DNA of 64,000 nucleotides from Candidatus Brocadiia bacterium (GCA_046538485.1 JBKHIT010000013.1:26271-90270); one strand, 5' to 3'; counted from the stretch's first letter, positions 41,601 through 50,800 are shown. The notes: generated from the letters alone by a model not told the origin. A program made the numbers and translations.

Positions 41601-41735
41601 AATTTGCGGAAGGGGATCAGCGAGGTAATCGAAACGAATCTGATGGAAGATTCAGGTGAGGTGCTGGACTGCGACGGTCGACGGTTGGAATTGCAGTTCG
41701 ACCCCTTTGAGATCCGAACATTCAAGTTGCGGTGA
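38655..41735 (+). CDS. Alpha-mannosidase, glycoside hydrolase family 38
   Basis: GHAHIDTGWLWP, WLPDVFGY, GDGGGGP, WVGELYLELHRGT, NQFHDILPGSSI. ATGA overlap with the upstream gene. Confidence 0.96.
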   Translation: MIETERKHREQRVEKFIQRLEGCYYGPEIPLNARCAVAKESVPFETRADGLFKNVEVGDVWGEPWDLAWFQFEGRVPENWRGATVVARLNLGGEVLVFDDDGVPVQSLTSGTVFAPGWVRDRLTLFEPCEGEEEVDLWAEVSACTRMGIDRPKDPHPNHPERYGYHEPRIEDLALAVFDRELWDFYLDCRILHAQMMAQPGESVRRARILHALNEAAAEYRADVNGLQRRKKCLKEVLNDPAAPSDLKTTAVGHAHIDTGWLWPVDETVRKCARTFARQISLMEDYPDYVFGASQAQHYAFVKEHYPALYEKIRQKVEEGRWEPQGGMWVEADCNVIGGESMVRQMLHGKNFFRDEFGVDVENLWLPDVFGYSAALPQILKKSGIDSLVTQKISWSQYNKFPHHTFVWEGIDGSEVVAHFPPEDNYNSTLNPGRLAYARDNFTEKGFLDEFLTLYGLGDGGGGPTEDIVEAGLRQKDLEGSPKVEFGTAQPFLDRLCDEKDRLKRWVGELYLELHRGTLTTQAHNKKMNRAMELRLREIEWIYSCLPAENYPREELDSVWKRVLMNQFHDILPGSSIRRVYQNTRREYEEMWQRTENLVEEAGRQLFEPDPESVTLVNSLSEPYRRPVELPAEWSGCEVLDADGKSLPVQDVDAGPIVCVDVPASAALTLQKGEKSNYKTKDRDAEPLVLENELVRYEFAEDGTLSRAFDRKSGREALPEGESGNKLQLYRDRPVAWDAWDVDIFYEEEFLEQAELTDWERRPGGPAQETLHLEFAIGDSTIEQEVVLAAGSKQLEFRTSVDWREDHRMLRVSFPVAVFAQEASFEIQYGHVRRNTHRNTSWDMAKFESCAHRFVDLSEHDYGVALLNDCKYGHKVLGHVLDLNLLRSPTHPDPDADRGRHEFTYSLLPHTGNLAESCVFAEAAQLNQPVMVYDGMRADNLDVPCRLDGEGVALEVLKRGEKEECHIVRLYEQRGRRSRAALNLRKGISEVIETNLMEDSGEVLDCDGRRLELQFDPFEIRTFKLR

Positions 41736-41756
41736 CCCGAAGTGCGGAATCCTCGT

Positions 41757-41927
41757 TAGGTCCGCATCGCCGAGGCGGGCCTGGCGTTGCCGTTCGCCGT
41801 TTTTGACTACGTAAAATCCGCCGGGCTTGCCCCGGCGCGCGTTAGGTTTTTTTGCACCCTGAGGTCAGGAACCGCGGCAGAAACCATCGAGTCCCTTTTG
41901 TCCCTTAAGTCCCTTCCGTCCCTTCCC
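41757..41927 (+). repeat. Composite intergenic repeat, copy B
   Basis: TAGGTCCGCATCG..GAGGCGGGCCT, GGCTTGCCCCGGCG, T-run, AACCATCGA followed by 4 x GTCCCTTNN (41891-41926). Confidence 0.75.
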
Positions 41928-42107
41928 CGTGCAGACTATCTTTGAGGTTTCAACCCCCGTATCCCGTCCCCGGTTGCAGAGCTACCGCCGACCTTGTGTC
42001 AGTGGGCTGTACTTTTGCACTACTCGGGAGCTGTTCCCAAAAAGGCTACCACTTACCTTGCGTGAGTGGGGCCGTACCTGTGCATCAGGTTGGCCCGGGG
42101 GGAGCCC

Positions 42108-42210
42108 GCGTTCTGAACTCCACCCTTTGGGTGAAGTCCAGTCCGCTTACGGATCCCGGAGACTCGAGTTCAGCTGAGCCCGCCGGCAGCGGGCGAAGGG
42201 GGACTTGAGG
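42108..42210. ncRNA. Structured repeat, copy 2: pseudoknot-capable core
   Basis: Same crossing stems as copy 1 (42113-20/42166-73 and 42134-39/42201-06). Peripheral hairpins differ in sequence but still pair. Confidence 0.55.
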
Positions 42211-42258
42211 CCGGCAAATGTTGGACCACCAGGGGACGGGATTCGGGCGGCACTGACA

Positions 42259-43053
42259 TCAGCTGTGTGTTTCAAGATCCGCTGGAGTCCTGCGCATCTC
42301 GGAAGCTTTACATGCCCGCATCCCGCACCCGCAAACAAACCATTCTTCCGCGAAACGCCGTCCGAGTTCTATCTGACCGGCCGTGTTATAGTGCAAATGA
42401 TCGTCCTCAGGCAGATCGTGGGTTGCCACGAGGCCCGTGCAATCTGTGTCCCGCGCGACTCTTGCCTGCGCACGACGAACAATATCCCGCCACCGATGGG
42501 CGAATTCCCCGTCGACCCCGTTGATCATTCGCGGACAAATCTGCGCCAGAATAAAAGGCAAATCGGGAACGCCTGTGTCTTCGCGAATGCGTGCGATAAA
42601 GGGGCGAAGGTTCTCTGCATACGCCTCTGCCATCGAGGCAAAAACAGAGTCCCGCTCCCCCTGCATCCAGATCATTCCGCCGAGTTTCGCCTCAGGAACA
42701 CTCGATCTGACCGACTGAAGTGCTTCCAGCAGGCGCGGATACATTGGCCCGCGATACTCGTCTTCGGGTCCCGGTTCCGTGATGTCCGGATTCCAATCGC
42801 AGGCGAGATTCGCGCCTCCTCGGGCGATTTTACACAGAATGAGCGGTTCGGAGTCTTTGCGTGAGCGAAATTCATGGGCGAAACCCACTTCCGGACCGAA
42901 ATGATCCGCGGGGAAGGTTTCCTGGAACACATCATTTTCGAACAGTTGCGTGTCAGCGGGAGGAACCTTCAGATTTTCCGGCAGCAAATCCGGATCCCCG
43001 GCGCCCACCATGTTCGACTGACCGGCCAGGAGGAAAATCGTTGTCACGTTCAT
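42259..43053 (-). CDS. Sialate O-acetylesterase / CE6-like SGNH esterase (SASA domain)
   Basis: LLAGQSNM, FGPEVGF, WMQGERD, DHLHY. Start overlaps the cobT stop (ATGA). Confidence 0.88.
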   Translation of the reverse strand: MNVTTIFLLAGQSNMVGAGDPDLLPENLKVPPADTQLFENDVFQETFPADHFGPEVGFAHEFRSRKDSEPLILCKIARGGANLACDWNPDITEPGPEDEYRGPMYPRLLEALQSVRSSVPEAKLGGMIWMQGERDSVFASMAEAYAENLRPFIARIREDTGVPDLPFILAQICPRMINGVDGEFAHRWRDIVRRAQARVARDTDCTGLVATHDLPEDDHLHYNTAGQIELGRRFAEEWFVCGCGMRACKASEMRRTPADLETHS

Positions 43054-44114
43054 TGCTCCGATTGCGAGACAGATGCTTCTTCGAACGTGCTGACTTCGGT
43101 AAGGACCCGACTGGCGGCTTCCAGCAGTGGCATCGCGAGCGCTGCCCCGGTACCTTCGCCGAGACGCAGCTCCAGGTCCAGCAGAGGATGTTTGCCGATA
43201 TGCTTGAGCATGAGGATGTGGCCCCGCTCGACACTGCGGTGCGCGGCGATCATGTAGTCGGCCGATTCCGGGCAGAGGGCGTGAGCGATCAGCGCGCCGG
43301 CGGTGCAGATCAGCCCATCGACAAGAACAGGTTTGTGAGCGGCCGCGCACCCGAGGAAAAATCCCGCAATACCCCCGATCTCAAATCCCCCGACTTTCGC
43401 CAGCACGTCCAACCCCTCGTCGGCATCCGGTTCGTTAACTTCCAATGATTTTTGGACGACAGCAATCTTCTTTTCGAGCCCATCGTCGTCGATACCCGTC
43501 CCGCGTCCAGTCATCTCGGCCGGATGATCACCCGTAATCGCGCAACCGACCGCGGCGCTCGGAGTGGTATTGCCGATACCCATATCGCCGGCCGCCAGAA
43601 TGTCGTTGGAATCGACGAGCTGGCGTGCGACATCGATGCCGGCTTCGAGAGACCGCACGGCGTCGTCACCGCTCATGGCGGGTCCTCGGGCAATGCTGGC
43701 GGTTCCGGGTCCGATCTTGCGGTCGATCAGTTGCCCCTCTTCGATCAGCTCGCTTAAATCGGCGGCCACCCCCATATCGACGACGTGGACCTCGGCTCCG
43801 GCGGCGTGGGCCAGGGCGTTGATACCGGCGCCTCCGTCGCAGAAATTATGCACCATCTGGACCGTGACTTCCTGAGGGAATTTGCTGACGCCTTCTTTGC
43901 AGACCCCGTGGTCGGAGGCCATCACGGCGATGGCGCGGCGTTTCACCGGGGGGCTCATCGATCCGGTCATGGCGGCCAGATCTTCCGCGAGGTCCATCAC
44001 GTGACCGAGCGCCCGGTGTGGCATTGTGAGCTGGTCGAGGCGTGAACGGGCCTGCTGGCGCGTGGTGTCGTCGGCGGGTGCGATTGAACCGAGCGTTTCG
44101 TCAAGTAATCCCAT
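43050..44114 (-). CDS. cobT: Nicotinate-nucleotide--dimethylbenzimidazole phosphoribosyltransferase
   Basis: ASDHGV, GGAGIN, GDMGIGNTT, GGFEIGG, LRLGEGTGAALA. Confidence 0.96.
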   Translation of the reverse strand: MGLLDETLGSIAPADDTTRQQARSRLDQLTMPHRALGHVMDLAEDLAAMTGSMSPPVKRRAIAVMASDHGVCKEGVSKFPQEVTVQMVHNFCDGGAGINALAHAAGAEVHVVDMGVAADLSELIEEGQLIDRKIGPGTASIARGPAMSGDDAVRSLEAGIDVARQLVDSNDILAAGDMGIGNTTPSAAVGCAITGDHPAEMTGRGTGIDDDGLEKKIAVVQKSLEVNEPDADEGLDVLAKVGGFEIGGIAGFFLGCAAAHKPVLVDGLICTAGALIAHALCPESADYMIAAHRSVERGHILMLKHIGKHPLLDLELRLGEGTGAALAMPLLEAASRVLTEVSTFEEASVSQSEQ

Positions 44115-44124
44115 GGGATATCTC

Positions 44125-44661
44125 CTATTTTATCTTCCGGTCAATGCCGCAGGTAACGAGTCGGACGTCATCGGCGGCGGCGGCGATGGCCTGGTTGCAG
44201 CGACCCACCAGGTCGCGGTAGCGTCGGGCGAGGGCGTTTTCCGGCACGATACCCATTCCGACTTCGTTGGTGACGAAGATGACGGTCCCTGGATGTTTGC
44301 GGGCGGCTCCGAGGAGCTCAATGGTGATTTTTTCGATATTGCTTTCATCGAGATCGCGATTTTTCTCGCTCGACCGGTGCATCAGGTTGTTAATCCAGAG
44401 CGTGATACAGTCAATGAGCATGACGTTGTAGGAGGTATTCTTCTGCAGGACATCGGCCAGGTTTGTGGTTTCTTCGATGGTATCCCATCCGGCTTTTTCC
44501 CGCGCGTTTTGGTGAGCTTCGATTCGTTGCTGCATTTCTTCGTCGAGCGGAGGGCAGGTGGCGATGAAGGCGCGGGGTTCGGGGCATTTTTCGGCCAGAT
44601 CGAGAGCCAGCCGGCTTTTCCCGCTACGCGCGCCGCCTGTGATAAGTATGATCTGGGCCAT
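44125..44661 (-). CDS. cobU: Bifunctional adenosylcobinamide kinase / adenosylcobinamide-phosphate guanylyltransferase
   Basis: ITGGARSGKS, EMQQRIEAH, IDCITLW, VTNEVGMGIVP. Confidence 0.96.
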   Translation of the reverse strand: MAQIILITGGARSGKSRLALDLAEKCPEPRAFIATCPPLDEEMQQRIEAHQNAREKAGWDTIEETTNLADVLQKNTSYNVMLIDCITLWINNLMHRSSEKNRDLDESNIEKITIELLGAARKHPGTVIFVTNEVGMGIVPENALARRYRDLVGRCNQAIAAAADDVRLVTCGIDRKIK

Positions 44662-44726
44662 GGCAGGGAAAGGGAGGACAGAGAAGCAGAATTTGTAAGG
44701 TTGAACCGTTGGATTCCGGTTAGGTT

Positions 44727-44755
44727 ATGCTATTCGGCCGGGCGTGAGCTGTCAA
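44727..44755 (-). promoter_or_regulatory. Sigma70-type promoter of cobU-cobT-esterase
   Basis: Minus-strand TTGACA-N17-TAGCAT. Confidence 0.65.
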
Positions 44756-44847
44756 GGCACAGAACGGCTATTGCTTTTTGCTTTAGCCTTTACTCTTCTT
44801 CCCCTGCCGCTCTGAGTTCTGGTCTCCGCCGTTTCCCAAAGTCCTGC

Positions 44848-44899
44848 GTTTGCCTTCCGCGCATATCCGACGCTGAAAGTGTTTGAAAGATCCATTTTA
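44848..44899. mobile_element. Degenerate right-end fragment of the GCCCGGAT MITE family
   Basis: TTTGCCTTCCGCGCATATCCGACGCTGA..TTGAAA matches 51430-51470 and 60903-60943. Confidence 0.55.
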
Positions 44900-44921
44900 A
44901 TTCGCCCTGTTTTGCCCACCC

Positions 44922-46166
44922 TCAGCTCGTATTAACCGGGCGCAAAAGCTGCTGGCATTTTCTGCCGAGTCTCCGGAGAAGCAGCCCGTTCAAACCACCC
45001 GATCCCAGCTTGGCAATTATCTTTCCCAGCCCCGGGATATCCCTTACTCCGTCCTTCAGTGCTCCCGCAGGAAGGTTTTCGGTTGCCCAATCAAACGCAT
45101 CTTCCATTTGCCCTTCCAGTTTGTCGGTTGTTCCGGCTATCAGCGTGTTCCAAACGACATACCCGAGGACTACGGTGGTGTTCCATGCGCCCATTCGAAC
45201 GTTGTATACGATACATAAGTCGGAAAGCATCTCATAGCTGCAATATGCAACAACCAGCGTGTCGGCAAGAGGGTATGGCAATACGCTCGTTCGCATCCAT
45301 GCCCTTCTGGCCCACCTTTTAATTCGAATCTCGGCGATCTCATCGATTCTTTTCTGGAAATGTTTTTCGTATAAATCAAACCACTCATCAGTGGATATCC
45401 GAGGGGAAGAGTTTGCTACCAGGTTGTAATCCGAATTCAGTTTCTCCAGCTTCTCTTTTGAAACCGTCCAGTCGCTGAAAACTTTTTCCGTATTTTGCTC
45501 CATGGGATAAGCACGTAAGTAATCCTGCAACTGCTTTTGCGCCTCGCTCCTTTTTTGATCCACCAACTTTTGCAGGGTTTCTCTCTGGGAGAGCTCCGTT
45601 AAAGCTGTGAGAGGAATCTGTTCATTTCTGGAGAGTCTGAAATATGCGAACACAAGTTTGCCAAAAGCAAACACAACGGTTCCCAGCAGCAAAACCAGTG
45701 CCCCCCTCAAAACCCATTTTTCCCATGCCGGTAGTCGGTTCACTGAACTGAGTAAAGATGCGGTCTGAGACAGGGCAAAAAGAGCCAGCAGGCTGATCCC
45801 GATTACCAATACGCAGATAATGAGCGGGTGCGACAGGAATTTGGGGATCGGAAGCTGAGGTAATCGTTTCTCAATTTCGGTTTCGAAGGTCTTTTCGGCC
45901 CGACGTTTCTCTTTACTCTCCTTTTCCGTCTGGATATTTTCGAGCTCCTCCCGGGACAAAGGGCCGGAGAAATCATCTTTCTGAGGGGGAACTCCAAGCT
46001 GCCCCGGAGAGTCTTCCGCACCCTGTTCCGGTTCAGCCGCCGAGGATCGCTCCGAAGCAGCCTTCCTCGTTTCTTCCGAATCTTCATCATTTACACTTGG
46101 CCTGTCGCCTGTATGTGGTTCCTGGGGCGGAATCCCCAGATTGTTATCGTTGTGTCCGTTTTCCAT
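44922..46166 (-). CDS. ycjF: YcjF/DUF697-family membrane protein
   Basis: Two N-proximal TM helices, PYPLADTLVV...LCIVY, KLGSGGLNGLLLRRLG..LRP. Directly downstream of ycjX. Confidence 0.75.
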   Translation of the reverse strand: MENGHNDNNLGIPPQEPHTGDRPSVNDEDSEETRKAASERSSAAEPEQGAEDSPGQLGVPPQKDDFSGPLSREELENIQTEKESKEKRRAEKTFETEIEKRLPQLPIPKFLSHPLIICVLVIGISLLALFALSQTASLLSSVNRLPAWEKWVLRGALVLLLGTVVFAFGKLVFAYFRLSRNEQIPLTALTELSQRETLQKLVDQKRSEAQKQLQDYLRAYPMEQNTEKVFSDWTVSKEKLEKLNSDYNLVANSSPRISTDEWFDLYEKHFQKRIDEIAEIRIKRWARRAWMRTSVLPYPLADTLVVAYCSYEMLSDLCIVYNVRMGAWNTTVVLGYVVWNTLIAGTTDKLEGQMEDAFDWATENLPAGALKDGVRDIPGLGKIIAKLGSGGLNGLLLRRLGRKCQQLLRPVNTS

Positions 46167-46183
46167 CAGAGCCCTCCTCGTTG

Positions 46184-47548
46184 CTAGTGTGTAAGGAAGT
46201 TGAATAACTTATCGAGGTTTTCGTGATTCGGTGGGTAGTCTTTTCTGTCAATCATAACAGGACGAACGTTGGGGAAACTGTATTCTCCCGGTTCCCATTC
46301 TCTTGGCCAGTCATGTGGCACTTTAGAGACCTCGAATTTTTGCTTTTCGTCCGCCTCGCGACCATTGTCGCCGTTGGTGGCGGGGAATCCACAGAGCGTT
46401 CTCTCGTGCTTTTCCACCACGTCAGTGGATATTGCTGCACTGCAGGTCAGATATTCCGTTTTCACGTGATCGAGATCGAGGGCATCACGCTCGACCATGG
46501 TGCGCATCAAATTTTTGTAGTTATCCATGTCCAGAGGGTGGACTTTATCGGATTTTGATGCCACAAATGCTATTTTGCTTATTCCGCCCGGACACCATAA
46601 CGACGGCAAAGCCTGACGGGAGAGAGCTTTTACGTTTCGTAAGAGCAATCCGTCGTTCGGTTCCAGGGTCCTGAGCAGCTCCCTTATCAACGCTTGATTG
46701 TCGTCGTACATGCCTGTTCCGCCGCTCAGGACCATCGTGACGTCGACCAGAACTGCCAGACCGTGACACTTTTTCAGTCCTTTGACCCAGGGGCGCACGA
46801 TCTTTTTCCGGTATTCATCGTAGCGGGCAGCGAACGTTCTGGACAGTTTGCGGTTTTCTTCCTGGCACTTTTTCCCCAGAGGGGCGAACTGTCTGTCTTC
46901 ATCGAGCCCCGCACAACGGTCCTCCGCGATTTCTTCCACCGATCCTGTGCTCGCATGGTTTCCGGAAACATCAAGTAGAAAAACGGAGGGAGAGATCAGA
47001 GGCTTATACGCACACGCCAGCCGGGCAAGTGCTTTCTTGTAAGCATAAACGACTTTGCCTTCTTCGATGTCCCCCTCTTTCTGAAGATTAAGATATTCAC
47101 GCACCCGGTCCCTGTACCGGCGATCATCCTCAAAACGCTTTATCATACTTTGGGACCACGCTTCGTAGCTGCATTTATACATCCCAATGTCAGCAATCCT
47201 CTCGCCGGGGAAGTCATAGAATTTCAGGCGTTGCCAGCGGTTTCTGTCGGTTCTCTGGAATTCACATGCGTACTGCAACCGATCCGAAGTATCCGGAGGC
47301 CATTGCCCGTGCGCGAGGGCGTCTCGATAACGGGCATAACGGAAACGCTCCCACTCCGAACCTGGATCCGGTTCATTTTCCTGGAACTTGCGAATTCTCG
47401 CCTTTCCCTCTTTTCCCAGGGAGAACCTGTCCGGTTCCTGATATTTCAGGTGATCAATTAGAGAAGTTAGCAGAACCGTCTTGCCCGATTCATACAGCCC
47501 CAGAACTCCTAAACGGTGTTCCTTAACGGGCCATGTCTTGAGTCCCAT
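46184..47548 (-). CDS. ycjX: YcjX-family P-loop NTPase
   Basis: GVLGLYESGKTVLLTSLI, DFPGE, VLVD, FVASKSD. GGAGG RBS before the ATG at 47548. Confidence 0.85.
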   Translation of the reverse strand: MGLKTWPVKEHRLGVLGLYESGKTVLLTSLIDHLKYQEPDRFSLGKEGKARIRKFQENEPDPGSEWERFRYARYRDALAHGQWPPDTSDRLQYACEFQRTDRNRWQRLKFYDFPGERIADIGMYKCSYEAWSQSMIKRFEDDRRYRDRVREYLNLQKEGDIEEGKVVYAYKKALARLACAYKPLISPSVFLLDVSGNHASTGSVEEIAEDRCAGLDEDRQFAPLGKKCQEENRKLSRTFAARYDEYRKKIVRPWVKGLKKCHGLAVLVDVTMVLSGGTGMYDDNQALIRELLRTLEPNDGLLLRNVKALSRQALPSLWCPGGISKIAFVASKSDKVHPLDMDNYKNLMRTMVERDALDLDHVKTEYLTCSAAISTDVVEKHERTLCGFPATNGDNGREADEKQKFEVSKVPHDWPREWEPGEYSFPNVRPVMIDRKDYPPNHENLDKLFNFLTH

Positions 47549-47806
47549 GTCGTAGCCTCCTGGTCGGGTCTTGCGAATGAAAACCCCAGTATAATCGATG
47601 ACTACAAATGTTCCTAAATCCCGCTGGCGATTTAAGCGTTTTTTTGCTGATGCACAAATGAATTCTGTTTGCTGCAGAATGACGGTGAACGGGATGCCGC
47701 TTTTTCTGACGCGGTTGAGCGGAAGGACGATTCGCACCTGACCATCTTAGACGTTCCGGGGAAAGGCACCGGGACGCAGGCTGTATGCGTTTGTAATCAC
47801 TCGCCA

Positions 47807-50800
47807 TCATCGGCCCCTTTCAGCCACTCGTATTATCCCAAACGCGACAGGCTGAGCCGAAATGTCAGCCTTTTTCTCCGCCTTGTCCAGCTCTTCAAGT
47901 CTCTTTGTGTGATCTCGCCTGGCTTTCTCAAGCTGTGAAATATACATCCGCCGGATGTTCTCGTCAGTCGCCTCATGCAGTTTATCGCTCAGGAGTCCGG
48001 AACTGGCCGAATAGCTTTTTTTCAGGCTTTCCCGTTTGTAGGCGACATGCTCAGCAGTATCGGCGCGGTGTTCTTCCAGAGCCTGTCTCCATTCCCCGTG
48101 GTGTCGCTGGTCAAGATCATCAAACTTCGAATCAGGAGGGAGTCCCGCCAGCGCAAGATCGATGGGATCTCCCCGTTCCAGAAATGACAGAAAATTGTCA
48201 GACAACCGTGGTTCCTCACAGATCGGTCGCAGGGCAAGTTGATCGCGCAGGCCAGAGTAGCGCCACTCGTAGATAGCAAACGGGTAGTCTCCTGGATCGA
48301 CCTCGGCTTCCTCCACCTCAAAGGCTGTATACAGACGCTTTTCCGGCCCGAAAGCTTCTGCCGCCTGGAGCACAACCGGATGAACAGGAGTGATGAAAGT
48401 GGCCTCCCGGTTGTCTCTGGCACACTCGGCATCGAATGTAATAGCGAGATGGGGATTCCCTCGCCGCAAGAACTGGCTCCACTGCCGGCGAGTTTCTGAC
48501 CGTTTCAGCTCCAGAGCCCTGAAATCATCCAGTAGCGTCTCTCGCATTTCTCGGGAGGTGCGCAGATTCTTCAAAAGGCCCTTCCCCTGAATGTGTCCTC
48601 CGGGCGAATCGCTGATATGATCGAGATACTTCATAACGAGGTTTTCTATTGCATCGGCGGACAGCCAGTAACTGGCCGCATCATCGATCTCCTCTTTTAG
48701 CTCTTCCTGGGGGAGACGGATCCCAAAGAGGTCCCTCTGGCGCTCTTCAAGTCGTTCCTCTTCCTGGATCTCGCGAATTTCATTGTCGGCCAGTTGTTGT
48801 AACCGGGCATTCCTTTCCTCTTCGCTCAGTTCCAGATTTTCCGCAATGCTATGTATTTCCTGGGAAATTTCTCCCAGTATCGTTTCGTTGCTCCCCAGGG
48901 CTTTTTCAAACACACCTATCCGGGATAAACACCGCTCATAGATCTCCGCATCGACCGTCCCCGGAGTAATCATATTGTAAATGGCTACAGTGTCGCTGGC
49001 CTGGCCGTGCCGGTCTATACGGCCAATCCTCTGCTCGATACGCATCGGATTCCAGGGTAGATCGTAGTTCACGATGCAATCGCAGAATTCAAAATCCAGC
49101 CCCTCGCAGGCCACCTCCGAAAACAACACCATATCGAGCGCCTCATCGTTTTCTCGGGGCAAGCGAAAACGCTCTCGGATCCGCACACGCTCCCCGTCGG
49201 GTGTGCCCCCGTGCATCACCGTTATTCTGTATCCGTCGTTTCCGAGACGATACATTAGATACTTGAGGGTATGGCGAAATGTGCTGAACAGCATCACGCG
49301 ATTGTTCTCCATTTCCTGTTTTTCGGTCACGATTCCCCGGAGAGCTTCAAGTTTCCGATCAGGCCCCCTCAGGCGTTTGGCCTTCCCGATCACGGTTTCG
49401 ATCTCGGATCTGATATTCGGCAGAAAACTCATATCGGGGATGTCATAGGCCTCCGTGGCTTCCTGCTGAACCAATTCATCGATGCGACGGGTGAGAATGG
49501 CCTCAAGGAACGGGGCGAGACCGAACAGACAGCTTGCCGCCTGCCTCCGTATGGTTGTCATCAGAAATTTTACGGGAATATCCTCGTGGAGTCTGCTGAG
49601 GATTCTCGCCTGTACCCGTAGCATTTGATCGTGCACCGCTTTTTGGTCATCGGTGAAAGGCACACGCACGGTTTCCGGCTTTCGCGTGGTGAACTCTCCG
49701 ATATCACGCCTTCGAGTGCGGTTTATGAGATCAGAAAAGGTGTGAAGTTCCTGGAGATCATTTATTATCTCGACCCTTTTGTTGGGGCTAAGTTGACCTT
49801 GAGAGAGGCGGTCTCGTACGTCTTTATAGTCGGGAGACATTGAAAGTATAGCCCGTCCCCATTCCGTCCTGCCGGCATCTTCGACGGCGTTCTTGGCTTT
49901 CTTCTCCCATCCCGGTTGCGCACCTCGTGCGGCTCTAATGCCACGGTTGATGTGCTCGTTTGGCTGGGCCATATATTCGAAGCTTTCTTCATCCACGATC
50001 AGGTCGGGCCGCAAAACGTTCAGCAGAACAAACAGGTCGTGGGCACCCATCTGGATCGGAGTGGCCGTCAGAAAAAGCACAGCCTCAGCGTTTTCGCAGA
50101 AAAACCGGACGACTTTATGGGAATAGGTGTCAGTGTTCCTGATATGGTGAGCTTCATCTACGATCACGAGATCGAAGTACGGGGGAGGATCAAGTTCTTT
50201 CAGCCCCAGTCGCCGATGTGTGGTTTTTCCCGGACCGCGTCCCTTGAGTAACACCTCATTAAACAGAGAATAAGGCATTACGGTTTTCGAATGACGGCCG
50301 GGCCACTCGCCGTCCAGGTCGGTTTCTCGCATGCAATGACGAAGCGTAGGGCCATCAAGTTGGGTGAATTTTTCGTCAAACCTCTTCATCTCCAGTTCCC
50401 ATTTCCGATCGGTCACCAGAGCTTTTGGGCAAATGATAAGGGCTGAATCCACCTCGCTTCTGGCCTGAAGTTCCCGCAAAATCAGTCCCGCTTCGATGGT
50501 CTTCCCCACTCCGACACCATCAGCGATAAGAAGGCGGGGCCTCTCAGCCCGAATGAATTTCATCACCGGACGGAACTGATAGGGCACGAAATCCACGCGC
50601 GCCGCATTCAAGGAATAGAGCGTGGAAGTGCCCGGATGCTGGATCTGCAAAGCGCTCAGGTGAGCGTGAAAGTGAGAGAGGGGTAGGACTTTTTGCGGAG
50701 CCGTCTGTTTTTCGACAGCGACGAGCTGGGAGGCATAATATGTGCGCGTTTCCTCGCCAACCAATACGACGAATCTATTCTCTGGTTTTCCCAGCAGGAC

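Noticed and set aside
11277..41926. CRISPR array
   Set aside because: The 9-bp units are contiguous without spacers, and no cas genes are in the window.
44662..44920. Cobalamin riboswitch upstream of cobU
   Set aside because: The promoter lies about 65 nt from the start and no B12-box is recognisable. The upstream sequence is a MITE fragment.
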